Shown here: positions 25,490-38,504 of the stretch, piece by piece
How the letters are laid out: the number at the start of each line of letters is the position of its first letter
Position numbering within the stretch: position 1 is the first letter of the stretch
Source of the DNA: Octopus sinensis
Lineage: Eukaryota
Direction of reading: 5' to 3'
Assembly (NCBI RefSeq): GCF_006345805.1
Contig: NC_043003.1
Span: forward strand, 25,110,001-25,174,000
DNA: 64,000 nt
Made by a program: the position numbers and the translations under genes
The notes under the pieces: model-generated
The model's database searches: none
Seen by the model: only the letters and a program-made list of their open reading frames with translations
What the model was told of the DNA's origin: nothing

Positions 25490-28400
25490 AAACTTAGATA
25501 AAACTTAGATATGTTTCGACCAGAGATTGGTCCAGGCCATGTCTAACTTAATAGCACCACCTGATAGGATTATTCGAATCCTGTTTAAGTCAAGTTTTGT
25601 TCAAGTAGTGAGTTCTTGTTGGGTGAGTTGTATCCAGTTTTGTTCAAGTAGTGAGTTCTTGTTGGGTGAGTTGTATCCAATTATGGGTGGCTTTCTGGTA
25701 TTCTTTGAAGGAATCTATCCAGACTCTGTTTGAAGTTGATGGGATCCTTTTCCTCTTTGATCTCCCTCGGGACAATGTTAAATAGGCAGGGCCTGTTGAG
25801 GAAAAGAAATTATGTTGCAGTGTACATGTATGTTGTGATCTTGAATTTGGCAGGGGACGTATAGCCCGTGATCCAAGTCTCGGATGAACCATGAAGCTAA
25901 TGTTTAGGTCGTTTGGGCAAAGTTGGCGGTATATTTTCCACATCGTACAAATGATGTACCGCTCACGGCGACGCTGGAGGGAGTAAAGTTTCAAGGCTTT
26001 AAGGCGATCCCAATAATCGAGAGCAGCCATGCCTTCAATTTGTTTAGTGAGAGCCCTCTGGGGTGACTCAATTCTGGAGATGTTTTGTCTTGTGTGAGGA
26101 GACCACAGTGGGCAGCAGTATTCAAGGTGTGGCCGTACAAAGTAAAAGGATGAAAATGGTATGATGACACCTTGTTCTCTGGACCGGAAAGTTCTTAAGA
26201 TCCAGGAACTCATCCTACGAGCTGTATCGACCTTCTTGTTGATGTGTGCACTCCAACTGAGATCGTCATCATCAACAATTACACCCAGGTCTCTGTGATA
26301 TTGTTAGAGGTTGTGAGCGGTTCCCCTGAAGGAAGAGAGTATGGTTGTTTTAGTGAGGAATTTCTTCCAAAATGCATCAGCTCAAATTTTCCCTCATTCA
26401 GTTGCATTTTGTTTCTGTCTGCCCATTGACTCACAGCATATAGGTCAGACTGGAGTTGAGTTCGGTCTGCTTCTTCATTGATGATTTGCTGGAGCTTAGT
26501 GTCATCAGCGAATATTTTCACTTTGCAGTGATGTACGACACTGGAAGGTCGTTTACATAAATTATGAAGAGTAGCGGACCCAAAACAGTTCCCTGGGGAA
26601 CACCGCTGGTGACTTTTGCTGGGTTTGAGTGGACTCCATCAACTACAACATGTTGTGTTCTATTCGCTAGGAAATACTGAATCCAGTGTAGAACTTTTCC
26701 ACGGATTCCAACATTTGCCAATTTGAGAGTAGGATGTTATGGTCTACCCTGTCGAACGCTTTACTGAAGTCAAGGTATATGACGTCAGAGTTCGAACCTG
26801 TTCCCAAGGCTTTGAGTACATCTCAATGTGGTGTAAGAGCTGTGTTAGACAGTCCCTGCCACAGCGAAAGCCATGCTGATTTGAATTTAGGAGTTTGTGG
26901 GTCTCCAGGAAGTCAGCTATCCTTGATCTTAACACTCTTTCAACACTTTAATGATGTGGGAGGTGAGTGAGATTGGGCGATAGTTGACTGCGAGGGATCT
27001 GTTTCCCTGTTTGAAAACCGGGATGACCGACTGGGATAGAAACTTTTTCGGTATATAACCTGCGTCTAACGAGTTTCTCCAGAGGTTGGTCAGAGGGACT
27101 GCAAGTTGATATCTACATTCCTTCAGGAGACTGGCGGGAAATCTATCAGGGCCTACAGCAGAGTAATGTTTGACCTCATTTATTGCTGCTACGATGTCGG
27201 TGGCAGTGAAGGTTATGTCTGCGATTTTGTGTTGGGAGTCAGCTTCGTTCGTTTCCCTCACATCAATATCAGTGGGAACACTGAAGACAGAGCAATATTG
27301 TTTCTGCAGTATTTCTGCCATTTCTTTAGCATCGTGTTGGGGAATGCCGTTTTCATCAATCAATGGCCCAATAGGTGAGACAGTGGTTCTATGCTTATTT
27401 GCATAAGAATAGAACACTTTTGGGTTCTGTTTGATGTTTTTGATTACCCATTGTTCCTCCCAACTCTTTGATTTTCAATGGAGGTTTTCATGTTAGTCTG
27501 CAGATGAAGTTTTTCCAGCTCTAGTCTTTTCATTGTTGTTGAATGTGGATGTTGCGTGTGGAATATTTTAATTGGTTGATTTTTTTGTTGAGTCTTTTGA
27601 TGCGCCTGATGAGTGTTTTTTTTTTTTTAGGGAGCCGGTTTCTGTTTGTGTTAGTAGATTTCTTGGGAGCGTGTTTAGAGCATGTGTCGGTGACAATGGT
27701 TTCAAAGTGCTGCCACGCGGTCTCAATATGAGGGGAATTGAGAGTAAAAGACCAGTCGATGGAAGACAGATCCTTTCTGATTGTTCCCCAGTCCGCTTTG
27801 TGGAAATTTATGTTGTCAAATGGGTGCCATGGAGTGGGATTGGCTGGTTTGGTTTTTATACGTCGGGAATTAAGATTGCAGAGTACCATGTCGTGGTCTG
27901 AGAGGAGAGTTTTTTCGACTGAAATGCTGTGAACGTAGCTAGAGTGATTGGTCAGTACCAGATCCAAGATCGTTTTATTCTGTCTCGTTGGTTCAAGCAC
28001 TAGCTGAGTCAGGAAATACTCATCCATCAGATTAAAGAGCAGTTCTGCTGCTGCTGCCCTATCTGATGTAGAGCACTTGCCTAACTTCGGAGTATTTGTG
28101 GGCCAGTTCACATGAGGGAGGTTAAAATCACCCATCACTATTATGTTTCCGGAGTGGTACTTCCGAAGGAAGACTTGACTTTGCTAAGGCACTCTTCAAA
28201 GTACTTTAGAGGTGCCTGGGGAGGCCTGTAAAGACCAACAATGGTTATGTCCTTGGCTTTGTTGTATACTGATACCGATTCACAGTAGCCATTGGAAAAT
28301 GTGTCCTTGGCATCAATGAAAAGGAGTCATGGATAAAGATGGCTGTCCCTCCCTTATTTCGGTCTGTGCGATCCGCACGAACAATGGTGAAATCTTTTAT

Positions 28401-29168
28401 TTTCACCTCTGCGTCCATATGGGTGTTGTTCAGGTGAGTCTCGGTAAGGATAAAGAAAGGGAAGCAATGTGCCATTTCGGCAAGCCACTCTCTATATATG
28501 GGATCTTCCATTTTTGGGCAATAATTGATGGGTTGATGCCACGTACATTTAACAGGAATGTCGAGGTAAGGGAAGTTGGTAATGGTTGAGTGGTCCTTGT
28601 GATTTGCATAGATGGTTGGTGATGGCTCGCTGGATCTCCTGGCTTAGGTCGGCCTTCATATTTTCCAGGTATGTCAGTAAAAAGAGTTACTTGTTTGGTT
28701 TGCCACTTGGTCAGAGGATACATATTTCAAGTTGGCGTTATTTGGTGTTTTTTTCCTGGTCTGTCTACGTAGTTTGATTGTAGGAGGGGAAACGTGGTTG
28801 TATTTTGTTCTTGTTGTTGTCCTAGATTTCCTCTGTTCCTGTTCATATCTATTCTGTGATCGTTTTGTGCCCTTCAGATGGTGGTTGTTGCATTCTGGTT
28901 CAGGCACATCCTTTGTGAGACAGAAGTTTGGCACAGTTTAGGATGAATAAGGTGCATCCATTGCCTCTTATGCATCCGTATTTAGGGTCAGAACCATAGA
29001 TTCTGTATTTAGGACAGTATTTGGGGTGGAGGTGGGGCAATTTTTTCCTGTTATACCGTATGGACAGGTGCCCTAGCAGTCTACGACATAAGGTCGGGTG
29101 GGAAAAAGCACAGCGTCCATTTTTGTTTGTGCCGCTGGGGCCAAATCTACAAGTGCCTTTAGAATAGT
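25490..29168 (-). mobile_element. CR1-clade LINE: ORF1 tail with CCCH fingers, APE endonuclease, RT; frameshifted
   Basis: APE: LTETHL, KGGTAIF, YRPP, GDFNLP; RT: [54 protein letters not shown]; terminal (ATCTAAGTTTT)2; 43-bp tandem duplication 25593-25678. Confidence 0.93.
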
Positions 29169-29172
29169 ATAA

Positions 29173-29255
<83 letters not shown>

Positions 29256-29267
29256 CATATATACATA

Positions 29268-29426
29268 TACGACGGGCTTCTTTCAGTTTCCGTCTACCAA
29301 TCCACTCACAAGGCTTTGGTCGGCCGAGGCTATAGTAGAAGACACTTGCCCAAAGTGCTTACGCAGTGGGACTGAACCCGGAACTATGTGGTTCGTAAGC
29401 AAGCTACTTACAACATAGTCACTCCT
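29268..29426 (-). mobile_element. SINE family A, 5' half
   Basis: gacgggcttctttcagtttccgtctacc...aagctacttacaacatagtcactcct. Confidence 0.85.
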
Positions 29427-29962
29427 TTTATTTTAATTTTTTTTCAAAACTCGTTCTTCTTGGATATCATAGATACTCGGCTGCTATTTCTAACAAATCT
29501 TTCAACCACTCACACGTGTTCCCTTGTTCGGTTCGTAGGTGGCTAATTAAATATGTGTAGCGAAATAAAATTAATATGTTCCTGCAGGGAGTGTAGTGAA
29601 AACTGTGACAAACTAGTAAACAATCCTGCTTCTGACATCATGTGATTTCCATTATATTTCAAAATGACAGCTTTTCTTTATTGTTTTGTTCTGTTTTCTT
29701 TACTCTCTCTCCTCCTCCTCTTCCTTCTCCGTATTCTTTGCTGGATGAATCAGGACGTAGCTAACACGTCATCATGTCACTTACATGGCTTATATGACAT
29801 AACAATGATTCTGACCTAGTTCTATTGTTTTGCTAGCTTTCGTCATAAGGGAGCAGTCATGGGGTGCGTCGTTAAGATGCTCGTTTCATAAGCACGTGGC
29901 TCCGCGTTCTATTCCACTGCGAGACATTTTCTGGGTTTGAGTGTCTTGTAGTTTTTACACCA

Positions 29963-30347
29963 ACTAGCAGTATCGCCCGGTGTTGCTCGAGTTTGTTTCG
30001 ACCCTTTAGAATTGGAATTTCTGAATAACAAGCATTACGTAGCTTGTTATTCTCTTTAAGTGAACATTTTTCTGGTTGAAATACACCGAAAAATGGCGAC
30101 ACAGCTGTCAAAACATCGCAAAATAATAGGGATTTTCATAGAAAAAAGCACCTTTTTGATGTAAATAATTTTTGGCGTTAACATGGTCCGATTTGAATAT
30201 TTTCTTCTACGAAATGAAGAGTAAGCCTTCTTCTATCATACACTCAATTTTGGTCAACTTGCGCCACAGGGTCGCGGAGGAGATAGTGTTAGTTGAAGGC
30301 TACCAAACCTGCCATACACAGACAACTTCAGCTTTATATATATAGAC
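29963..30347 (+). mobile_element. Non-autonomous Helitron/Helentron-like (HINE/DINE-type) element
   Basis: 5' ACTAG followed by cccg..cgag hairpin; 3' cacagacaacttcagctttatatatatagac; perfect 11-bp hairpin 30023-30052. Confidence 0.6.
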
Positions 30348-30530
30348 ATAGTTTCGGGCGTAGAGGTGCGTGTGGTCGTGTGTTGTTGTATGTGTGAATT
30401 TCCGTGTGTGTATGCGTGTGCATGGATGGAATGTGTATCGTTGTGCGTTGGAATTGTTTATAATTACATGTATTTATCTTTATGGATTTCTGTGTCTCCT
30501 GCTAATACTATTCTATGTATGCCTACTTGT

Positions 30531-30844
30531 GAAGGCACGTGGCTTAGTGGTTAGGGTATTCTGTTCACGGTCGTGAGTTCGATTCCTGGCAGTGCCTTGT
30601 GTCCTTAAGCAAGACACTTTATTTCACGTTACTCCTGTCCGCTCAGCTGGCAAAAATGAGTTTAACCTGTAACTCAAAGGGTCAGCCTTGCCACGTCCTG
30701 TGTCACGCTGAATCTCCTTGAGAACTACGTTAAGGGTATGCGTGCCTGTGGAATACTCAATTACTTGCCCGTTAATTTCACGAGCAGGCTGTTCCGTAGA
30801 TCGGATCAACTGGAAAATTCATCGTCGTAACCGACGGAGTGCCA
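30531..30844 (+). mobile_element. SINE family C
   Basis: A box TGGCTTAGTGG, B box AGTTCGATTCC, body gtgtccttaagcaagacactttatttcacg, tail cgtcgtaaccgacggagtgcca. Confidence 0.88.
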
Positions 30845-31125
30845 GTTAATATACCTATCCGTACCCACACATGCCTTCCTACCCACACGGATCCACATAC
30901 ACCAACATTGTTTGTATTGCGGCAGTGGTGATGTGGTTCTATTATTTACTATGGAGATTTACTATTTCGTGTTAGCATTGTCACGTTTATGAGAACCAAC
31001 TCACTTATCTCTTACGATGAATCTCACGAGTGTTTAGACAAGATTTCAATATTAATTTGAATTAACGCGCCAGTCCGTTGATCTCTGGCATGTTGGCAGA
31101 GTATCGACAACCGTTTCCTGTTCTT

Positions 31126-31460
31126 ATACATACATACATACATACATACATACATACATACATACATACATACATACATGCATGCATACATGCATGCATT
31201 CATACATACATACATACATACATACATACATGCATGCATGCATGCATACATACATACATACATACATACATACATACATACATACATACATACATGCATG
31301 CATGCATGCATGCATACATACATACATACATACATACGTACATACATACATACATGCATACATGCATGCATACATGCATGCATACATGCATGCATACATG
31401 CACGCATACATACATACATACATACATACATACATACATACATACATACATACATACATA
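31126..31460. repeat. (TACA)n/(TGCA)n compound microsatellite
   Basis: Direct reading. Confidence 0.95.
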
Positions 31461-31689
31461 GGCATAAGATTAGTTTTCAGACAGACTCAAAACAGACCTT
31501 GAAGAATGAAGGTATGTCATTGATGAAGTAGCGAATAGCAACGAAAGGACTCTGATAGAGAAAACTAACAACCAATTGATTGTTCAGTCAATCCATTGAA
31601 CAAACCATTGAATAGTAAGTTGGTAAAATAAAGAAGTGGTATTGAACCTGTGCGTGTGTTTATTTTAATTTTTATAGGCATAAAGACCC

Positions 31690-32530
31690 TCCATAGACAA
31701 AACAATATTAGAGAATTTCAGTAACATGGGCCATCACATCAGCATCACTGTAGAATACCCAAACAGCAATGGTTCCCTCTCCTTACTTGACTTTCGGCTA
31801 AATATCACGGACGAGGGAAATTAACACAATGTTCTACCGAAAATCAGCTTTTCGGGACCTCAAGTTAACCCTTCCCATTAGGGAACGCATAATGAGAATG
31901 TGCGGATGCACATAAGATGCAGAGACAATACCAGCCGTGACGCATATGTTGCTCAGTTCTTCAAGCTACTTGAGACCAACGGATGTCCGACGTCCGTTAT
32001 TAACTCCATACAAGAGCGATCTCTCTAAGACCTTCTTCTTGAATAATCCCCATTTCAATGAGAAGACCACCTCAGCCATTTACAAGGTCATTTTCAAGGA
32101 AGGACACCACATCCTACTGGCCCATTAAGGGCTGTCCCTACATAAGCACCCATCAACAAGGTAGTCACACGCAGAACAACAACCCTGTACACTGGTGAAC
32201 TGCCCTATTCGCAACACTAACATGTGCCTACGTACATAAGTAGTATACCAAATATGATGCTCCAAATGCAACAACTGTTACATCGGTAGCACAGTCCGAC
32301 CACACTACGTCCGAGTGAAGGAGTATCTCAGAACCGACCAGCCTTCCTTCCGCAAACACATGACCAAATGCGGTAACACCATCAAAGAGATATACGCCCC
32401 CATACTGGCCTCGGAGAAGAACACTGGAAATCTTCGTATCAAAGAAACAATATTGATCTACCGCCTCCAACCCGAAAATTTACAGTCGATCGGAGATGGG
32501 CCGGTGGCTCCTATGAAAACACCACGGTGA
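31690..32530 (+). mobile_element. Penelope-like element: RT C-terminus and GIY-YIG endonuclease, degraded
   Basis: HISITVEYPNSNGSLSLLDF, MFYRKSA; YQI.CSKCNNCYIGSTVR..VRVKEYL; LRIKETILIYRLQP. Confidence 0.75.
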
Positions 32531-32994
32531 CTACAACCAACATTATAACATACGGCACCAACACTATCTTCCACCACCAACATCATCTTCCACCAAAACC
32601 ACCGCCACCATCACCACAAAGAACAAATCCGCTTCCCACAGTATAGACAGATACAGGTCAGTGAGCACATAGATAGGAACCTTAAACCAAACTTCCTAAT
32701 TTTCCCTTTTTATCAATGTTCCCAGAACACCTCAGTGCAGCAAAAACTAAATAGAGAGGCAACTTTCATTAATAACCACAACTTTAACATGAACACACAA
32801 CTTAATATAGGACACTACTAACATTTCTAATACCAATAATCCCACTAATCCTCATATATCCCATATACCATTCATACTCTATTAATCATATTAGTCTAAT
32901 TGCATCACTTTCAGAACAGCTTACCTCCCTTGCATGCACTCTTTTCACTCAGGTACTATTAGACCCAACACCGTTTGGAAATCAGTGTTGATTC

Positions 32995-33033
32995 AAAGTC
33001 AGTGAACAGCGATGACGAAACCGGTGTGACTTT
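32995..33033 (+). ncRNA. Minimal type I hammerhead variant with G3-C8 and G17
   Basis: aaagtca-GTGAACA-GCGATGAC-GAAAC-CG-GTG-tgacttt: perfect 7-bp stem I, weak stem II, ACCGGT palindrome; about 470 bp downstream of the PLE ORF. Confidence 0.45.
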
Positions 33034-33262
33034 CTCTATTGACTCATGATAATGATTTTTATACTTCTTAATTCCACCTCAAACCATTTATTTATATGTA
33101 TGTCTTTGTTTTTAAATTTTAAAAAGGCATTACTTTTATACTTGGTATGCATTTTCTTTGTTTCTTTTTACTTTTCCCCCTATTTATACCACGTGTAGTC
33201 TTTTTTCCTTGAAACCTGGTTCTATTATATATATATACATATATATGTATGTATGTATATAT

Positions 33263-33297
<35 letters not shown>

Positions 33298-33385
33298 TAT
33301 GTATATATATATGTGTGCGTGGTGTATATTATATTATACATACATATATATATCATACATATTATATACATATATAATATATATA

Positions 33386-33429
<44 letters not shown>

Positions 33430-33430
33430 C

Positions 33431-33462
<32 letters not shown>

Positions 33463-33469
33463 TATATAG

Positions 33470-33506
<37 letters not shown>

Positions 33507-33516
33507 ATATATATAT

Positions 33517-34146
33517 ACTCGTTGCTAAACCCTATTGCTTAGTATTACTTAAATTTTCCTCGAATGAGGCTTTTACATGCCGAAGACTACTTGTGTAATT
33601 GATAATTTTTCCAAATTAATTAATTTCACCCTTCATTATTACGGATAACCATATTTATCTCAGTAGATGACCACAGCATCTGTTTTGGCTACACGCGGGT
33701 GGGAAGGGGCTGTTGACACAATCGTTTCATTCACAAATTGAATTCGGTGATACCAGTTGCGGATTCTAGCTCGCTCTGATACTGAGTGGAGTTGGTGCCT
33801 TCTGGTATCTCAAAATCAATATATAATCATTTATGATTATAGTATTCTACGCTGAAGAGAAAAGAAGTTTCGGTAAGATAGATTATTTATTATTTAATAT
33901 TTAATATTTAATTCTTATGCTTTCCTTAAAACTTGATTTCGAAACGTACGTCCGTGGATAACTAAAAAAATGTATGATAGATTGCAGTCAATTCATTCTC
34001 TCTTAACTGTTGGGGTCTGCCTTCCAAATGCTGTGTTTTACTGAGATCTCCCTTTTTAGTAGAAGAAATAGCTATAACCCTTTGACTGCTATTTCTAAAT
34101 TCGGTATGTGGTAAGGCAACTCGTTGCTAAACCCTTATTGCTTAGT
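33517..34146 (+). mobile_element. 602-bp terminally redundant non-coding unit carrying a hammerhead (PLE pLTR or retrozyme-like)
   Basis: actcgttgctaaaccc(t)tattgcttagt at 33517-33543 and 34119-34146; (TA)n on both sides. Confidence 0.6.
33846..33958 (+). ncRNA. Type I hammerhead ribozyme, canonical core, extended stem II
   Basis: tctacg-CTGAAGA-[82-nt stem II, gaaaagaagttt/aaacttgatttc 10 of 12 paired]-GAAAC-GTAC-GTC-cgtgga: stem I 6 bp, GUC site at 33952. Confidence 0.72.
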
Positions 34147-34176
34147 CGTATTATATATATTATAATATATATATAT

Positions 34177-34238
<62 letters not shown>

Positions 34239-34986
34239 ATTATATATATATAAACTATTACAACGATTGTTCGATCACAGGTCATTATCAAGTGCCACTT
34301 TTGAAATAAAAAGTACAAACTTCCACACTAATAGCATGTGTTGAGTACTAAATATGAAAGTAGTCCACATCGTACTGCAACGGAAATACAATGCACGCAC
34401 GCACGCAGGCTTGCGCACGCACACACACACGAACGCGCACTCATATCCTCACACAGATACGCACACTGACACACACATACACGCAGATACGCACAAAAAC
34501 GCATATGCTTTTATGACGAAGGAGTAACATAATGGCCAGAAAACCATTGGTGAACAGTTATCATCGTCCGAATCATACAGACACTTCCTTGTCACTCTCG
34601 CCACCAGAAATGCAATACATCAGTGATTGACCCGTTGGAAATCTATAAGCAACCACACTATTGATCGCAATAATACATGATATATAATAATCAGTTCGAC
34701 CTATGGTGTTTCAATATCTCATTAGTTATCAATAAACTGGCGTCCATTCTGTCTGCCGCAGTTAATAGATAACATAGGATAGCATAGGTAGAGGCCACCA
34801 TTGTAAACTACATTAATACTAGACAGTTAACTAGTGTTTCGAGTTTGAAAAAGGCGCCATGAATTAAATTCAGTCTACTATCACCCCGGGTCAACAAATG
34901 CCCTCTGAATGAATTCGGTAGGCGGAAACTGTGTGGAAGCTCATTGAGTATATTCACACATATATATCTGTCTATCAATCTGTCTG

Positions 34987-35240
<254 letters not shown>

Positions 35241-35343
35241 AAGTAAGTATTTACTAACACTAAACACTAGCCTTATGTTTATAAAAGACGTAGAGGTAAG
35301 GGACAGAAAAACTACGGCTTAAAATCTCTATATTATATATATT

Positions 35344-35398
<55 letters not shown>

Positions 35399-35651
35399 AT
35401 GTGTGTGTGTGCATGTGTGTGTGTGCGCGTGTGTGTGTATATATATATATGCCTGCATACATGCATACTTGCATATATATACATATATATATGTATATGT
35501 ATAAATATATATTTATATATGTATAGGTATAAATATATATTTATGTATGTATATACATATTTATCTATACATATACATACATATATATATATACATATAT
35601 ACATGCATATATACGTATGTATATGTATATATATATATATATTAAAAAAAA

Positions 35652-35970
35652 GACTCCGCCGGTTACGACGACGAGGGTCCCAGCTGATACGATCAACGGA
35701 ACAGCTTGCTCGTGAAATTAACGTGCAAATGGCTGAGCATTCCACAGACACGTGTACCCTTAACGTAGTTCTCGGGGATAATCAGCGTGACACAGAGAGT
35801 GACAAGGCTGACCCTTTGAAATACAAGTACAACTCATTTTTGCCAGCTGAGTGGACTGGAGCAACGTGAAATAAAGTGTCTTGCTCAAGGACACAACGCG
35901 TCGCCGGGAATCGAACTCACAACCTTACGATCATGAGCCGAATGCCCTAACCACTAAGCCACGCGCCCTC
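35652..35970 (-). mobile_element. SINE family C, well-preserved copy
   Basis: Reverse complement gagggcgcgtggcttagtggttagggcattcggctcatgatcgtaaggttgtgagttcgattccc through the tail. Confidence 0.92.
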
Positions 35971-36057
35971 ACATATATATATATGTACGATTGTATATGT
36001 TTGTGTATATATATATATATATGCATACATACATATACTATATATATATATATATAT

Positions 36058-36088
<31 letters not shown>

Positions 36089-36109
36089 ATATATATATAT
36101 ATATATTAT

Positions 36110-36179
<70 letters not shown>

Positions 36180-36440
36180 GAGTGGACTGGAGCAACGTGA
36201 AATAAAGTGTCTTGCTCAAGGACACAACGCGTCGCCGGGGATTAAGGTAGAAAATGCTAAAATAATTTTATAAAAAACATTTCAGCACCGGTAAGCATGG
36301 AAAGCAATTAAATTTTGGAAAAATTAAATGAAAAGTTTTTTTAAAAGGATATTTGCATAGTATTCAAATACAAGGGCATTTTCCTTGTTTCTGTCAGTCT
36401 CTGTCTCTCTTATTTACTCTTGTGGATTCGTACATCTACT

Positions 36441-36472
<32 letters not shown>

Positions 36473-36625
36473 CACACACACACACACATATATGTATGTA
36501 TTATGTATGTATATATATATGTATAAATATATATTTATATATGTATATATATATATTTATCTGTACAAATATATAGTCATATATATATATATATATATTT
36601 ATCTGTACAAATATATAGTCATATA

Positions 36626-36707
<82 letters not shown>

Positions 36708-36856
36708 ATCACGTGATCACGTGACCGACCAGACCATCAGATATGGTTACACATCGCTGGTCACAATGCGTTCGCATTGTTTTAGCCTCCAAATGACGCC
36801 ACCCCGCTGGCTAAGCGAGCAGGCCATATATATATATATAGAAATTCAATATTTCT

Positions 36857-36959
<103 letters not shown>

Positions 36960-36978
36960 GTATATATATATTATATAT

Positions 36979-37027
<49 letters not shown>

Positions 37028-37033
37028 CATACA

Positions 37034-37069
<36 letters not shown>

Positions 37070-37799
37070 TATATATTATATCAATGCAAAACTAATATTT
37101 TTAGTTTTCACTGAATACTGGTATAAACCGGCGGAGAACTACGATGCTAGCATCCCTTAAAGGATTATAGGTCCTTGACTCAATTATATATATTTGCAGG
37201 TCATCATACTTGAATACTTGAGTATTTTGGTGCTAAATTAAAAAATAATTTTTAATTATTATCATAAATAGAAGGAAAATCATTGTATTTCATGGAAATT
37301 ATTTTCAAAGGAGATAAGAGGGAGAACTTCGTGCCTGATCTTTGGCAGTTACGTTGACAACTTCAGGGATGTCTCGCTAAGCGAAGTCTTGGCTACAAGC
37401 GACTTCAATCTCATAAAATCTACATATAGATACAGAGACAGAGGGAGAGACAGACAGACAGATAGATAGATAGAAAAGTGAGAGTGAGAGTGAGAGAGTG
37501 AGTTCCTGTTTTTCTATGGTAACACACCTAATCGCTGCGTTAGCTGAAAGGTGCGATTATAAATCACAATAAAGATAAGAATTTTCTTTGACAAACTATG
37601 CGACCAACATCGTCCACATACTTTAGTTGATTAAATGACTTAACTATATAATGCAAATGGCGGTAAATCCTTTCAGGAATGACATGGGTCCATAAGGTCG
37701 GTTTTCATGGAACGGATTCGTCTGTCGTAATTATTAAACGGATGATGCAAAATAGCTGTCAGAATTGACTTTTAACATACTGCACCTAGCTAAGAAAAC

Positions 37800-37884
37800 T
37801 TTAGTAGTAGTAGTAGTAGTAGTGGTAGTGAAGGTTGTATTAGTAGTAGTGGTGGTAGTTGTAGTGGTAGTAGTGATGGTGGTG

Positions 37885-37916
<32 letters not shown>

Positions 37917-37999
37917 GAAGGTGGTGGTAGTGCCGTAGTGACGGTAGTGTTGTGGTGGTGGTAGAAATTGTAGTAGCAGCAGCAGCAGTATTAGTAGTT

Positions 38000-38041
<42 letters not shown>

Positions 38042-38054
38042 ATAGTAGTAGTAA

Positions 38055-38106
<52 letters not shown>

Positions 38107-38120
38107 TGCTGTTGTTGTTT
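37800..38120. repeat. (TAG)n/(GTG)n trinucleotide block
   Basis: Direct reading. Confidence 0.95.
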
Positions 38121-38504
38121 AGCTCCAGGTCGGACCTCATTGCGCAGGACCATGACTGAAGTCATTCCAGCTAAGACCCACCTGTATTTTTTAGAAGTAT
38201 TTTACCGAAGTGGCTTCACCCAACACGCTCCAGCCTCCGACCGATCACCCACACGCTCCAGCCTCCGTCCGACTCACCGATCTGCTGTCTGTTCTTTCTG
38301 TCTTTCCAACCGATACTTTAATAACCGCTGCATCTCGAATCTGGCCGGTCGCTTGCCTCGTCGATTCAGAGAAACGAAATAAACCCGCAACCCCGATTTA
38401 ACACCACCAGCTGCTATTTGGGCACTTTTTTACGGAGACTACTGAGTTGTTAGCATTCGGGTCGGGTGACTTGTTTGAGGATACATTTTCTCTCAATTCC
38501 ACCA

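Noticed and set aside
33558-33590. Second hammerhead-like motif in the 602-bp unit (cgaatga-GGC..GCC-gaagac)
   Set aside because: Core deviates at several invariant positions and no stem I or III is evident.
34691-34801. 36-aa minus-strand ORF MVASTYAILCYLLTAADRMD... that looks like a signal peptide
   Set aside because: Too short, no convincing splice donor or homology; expected by chance.
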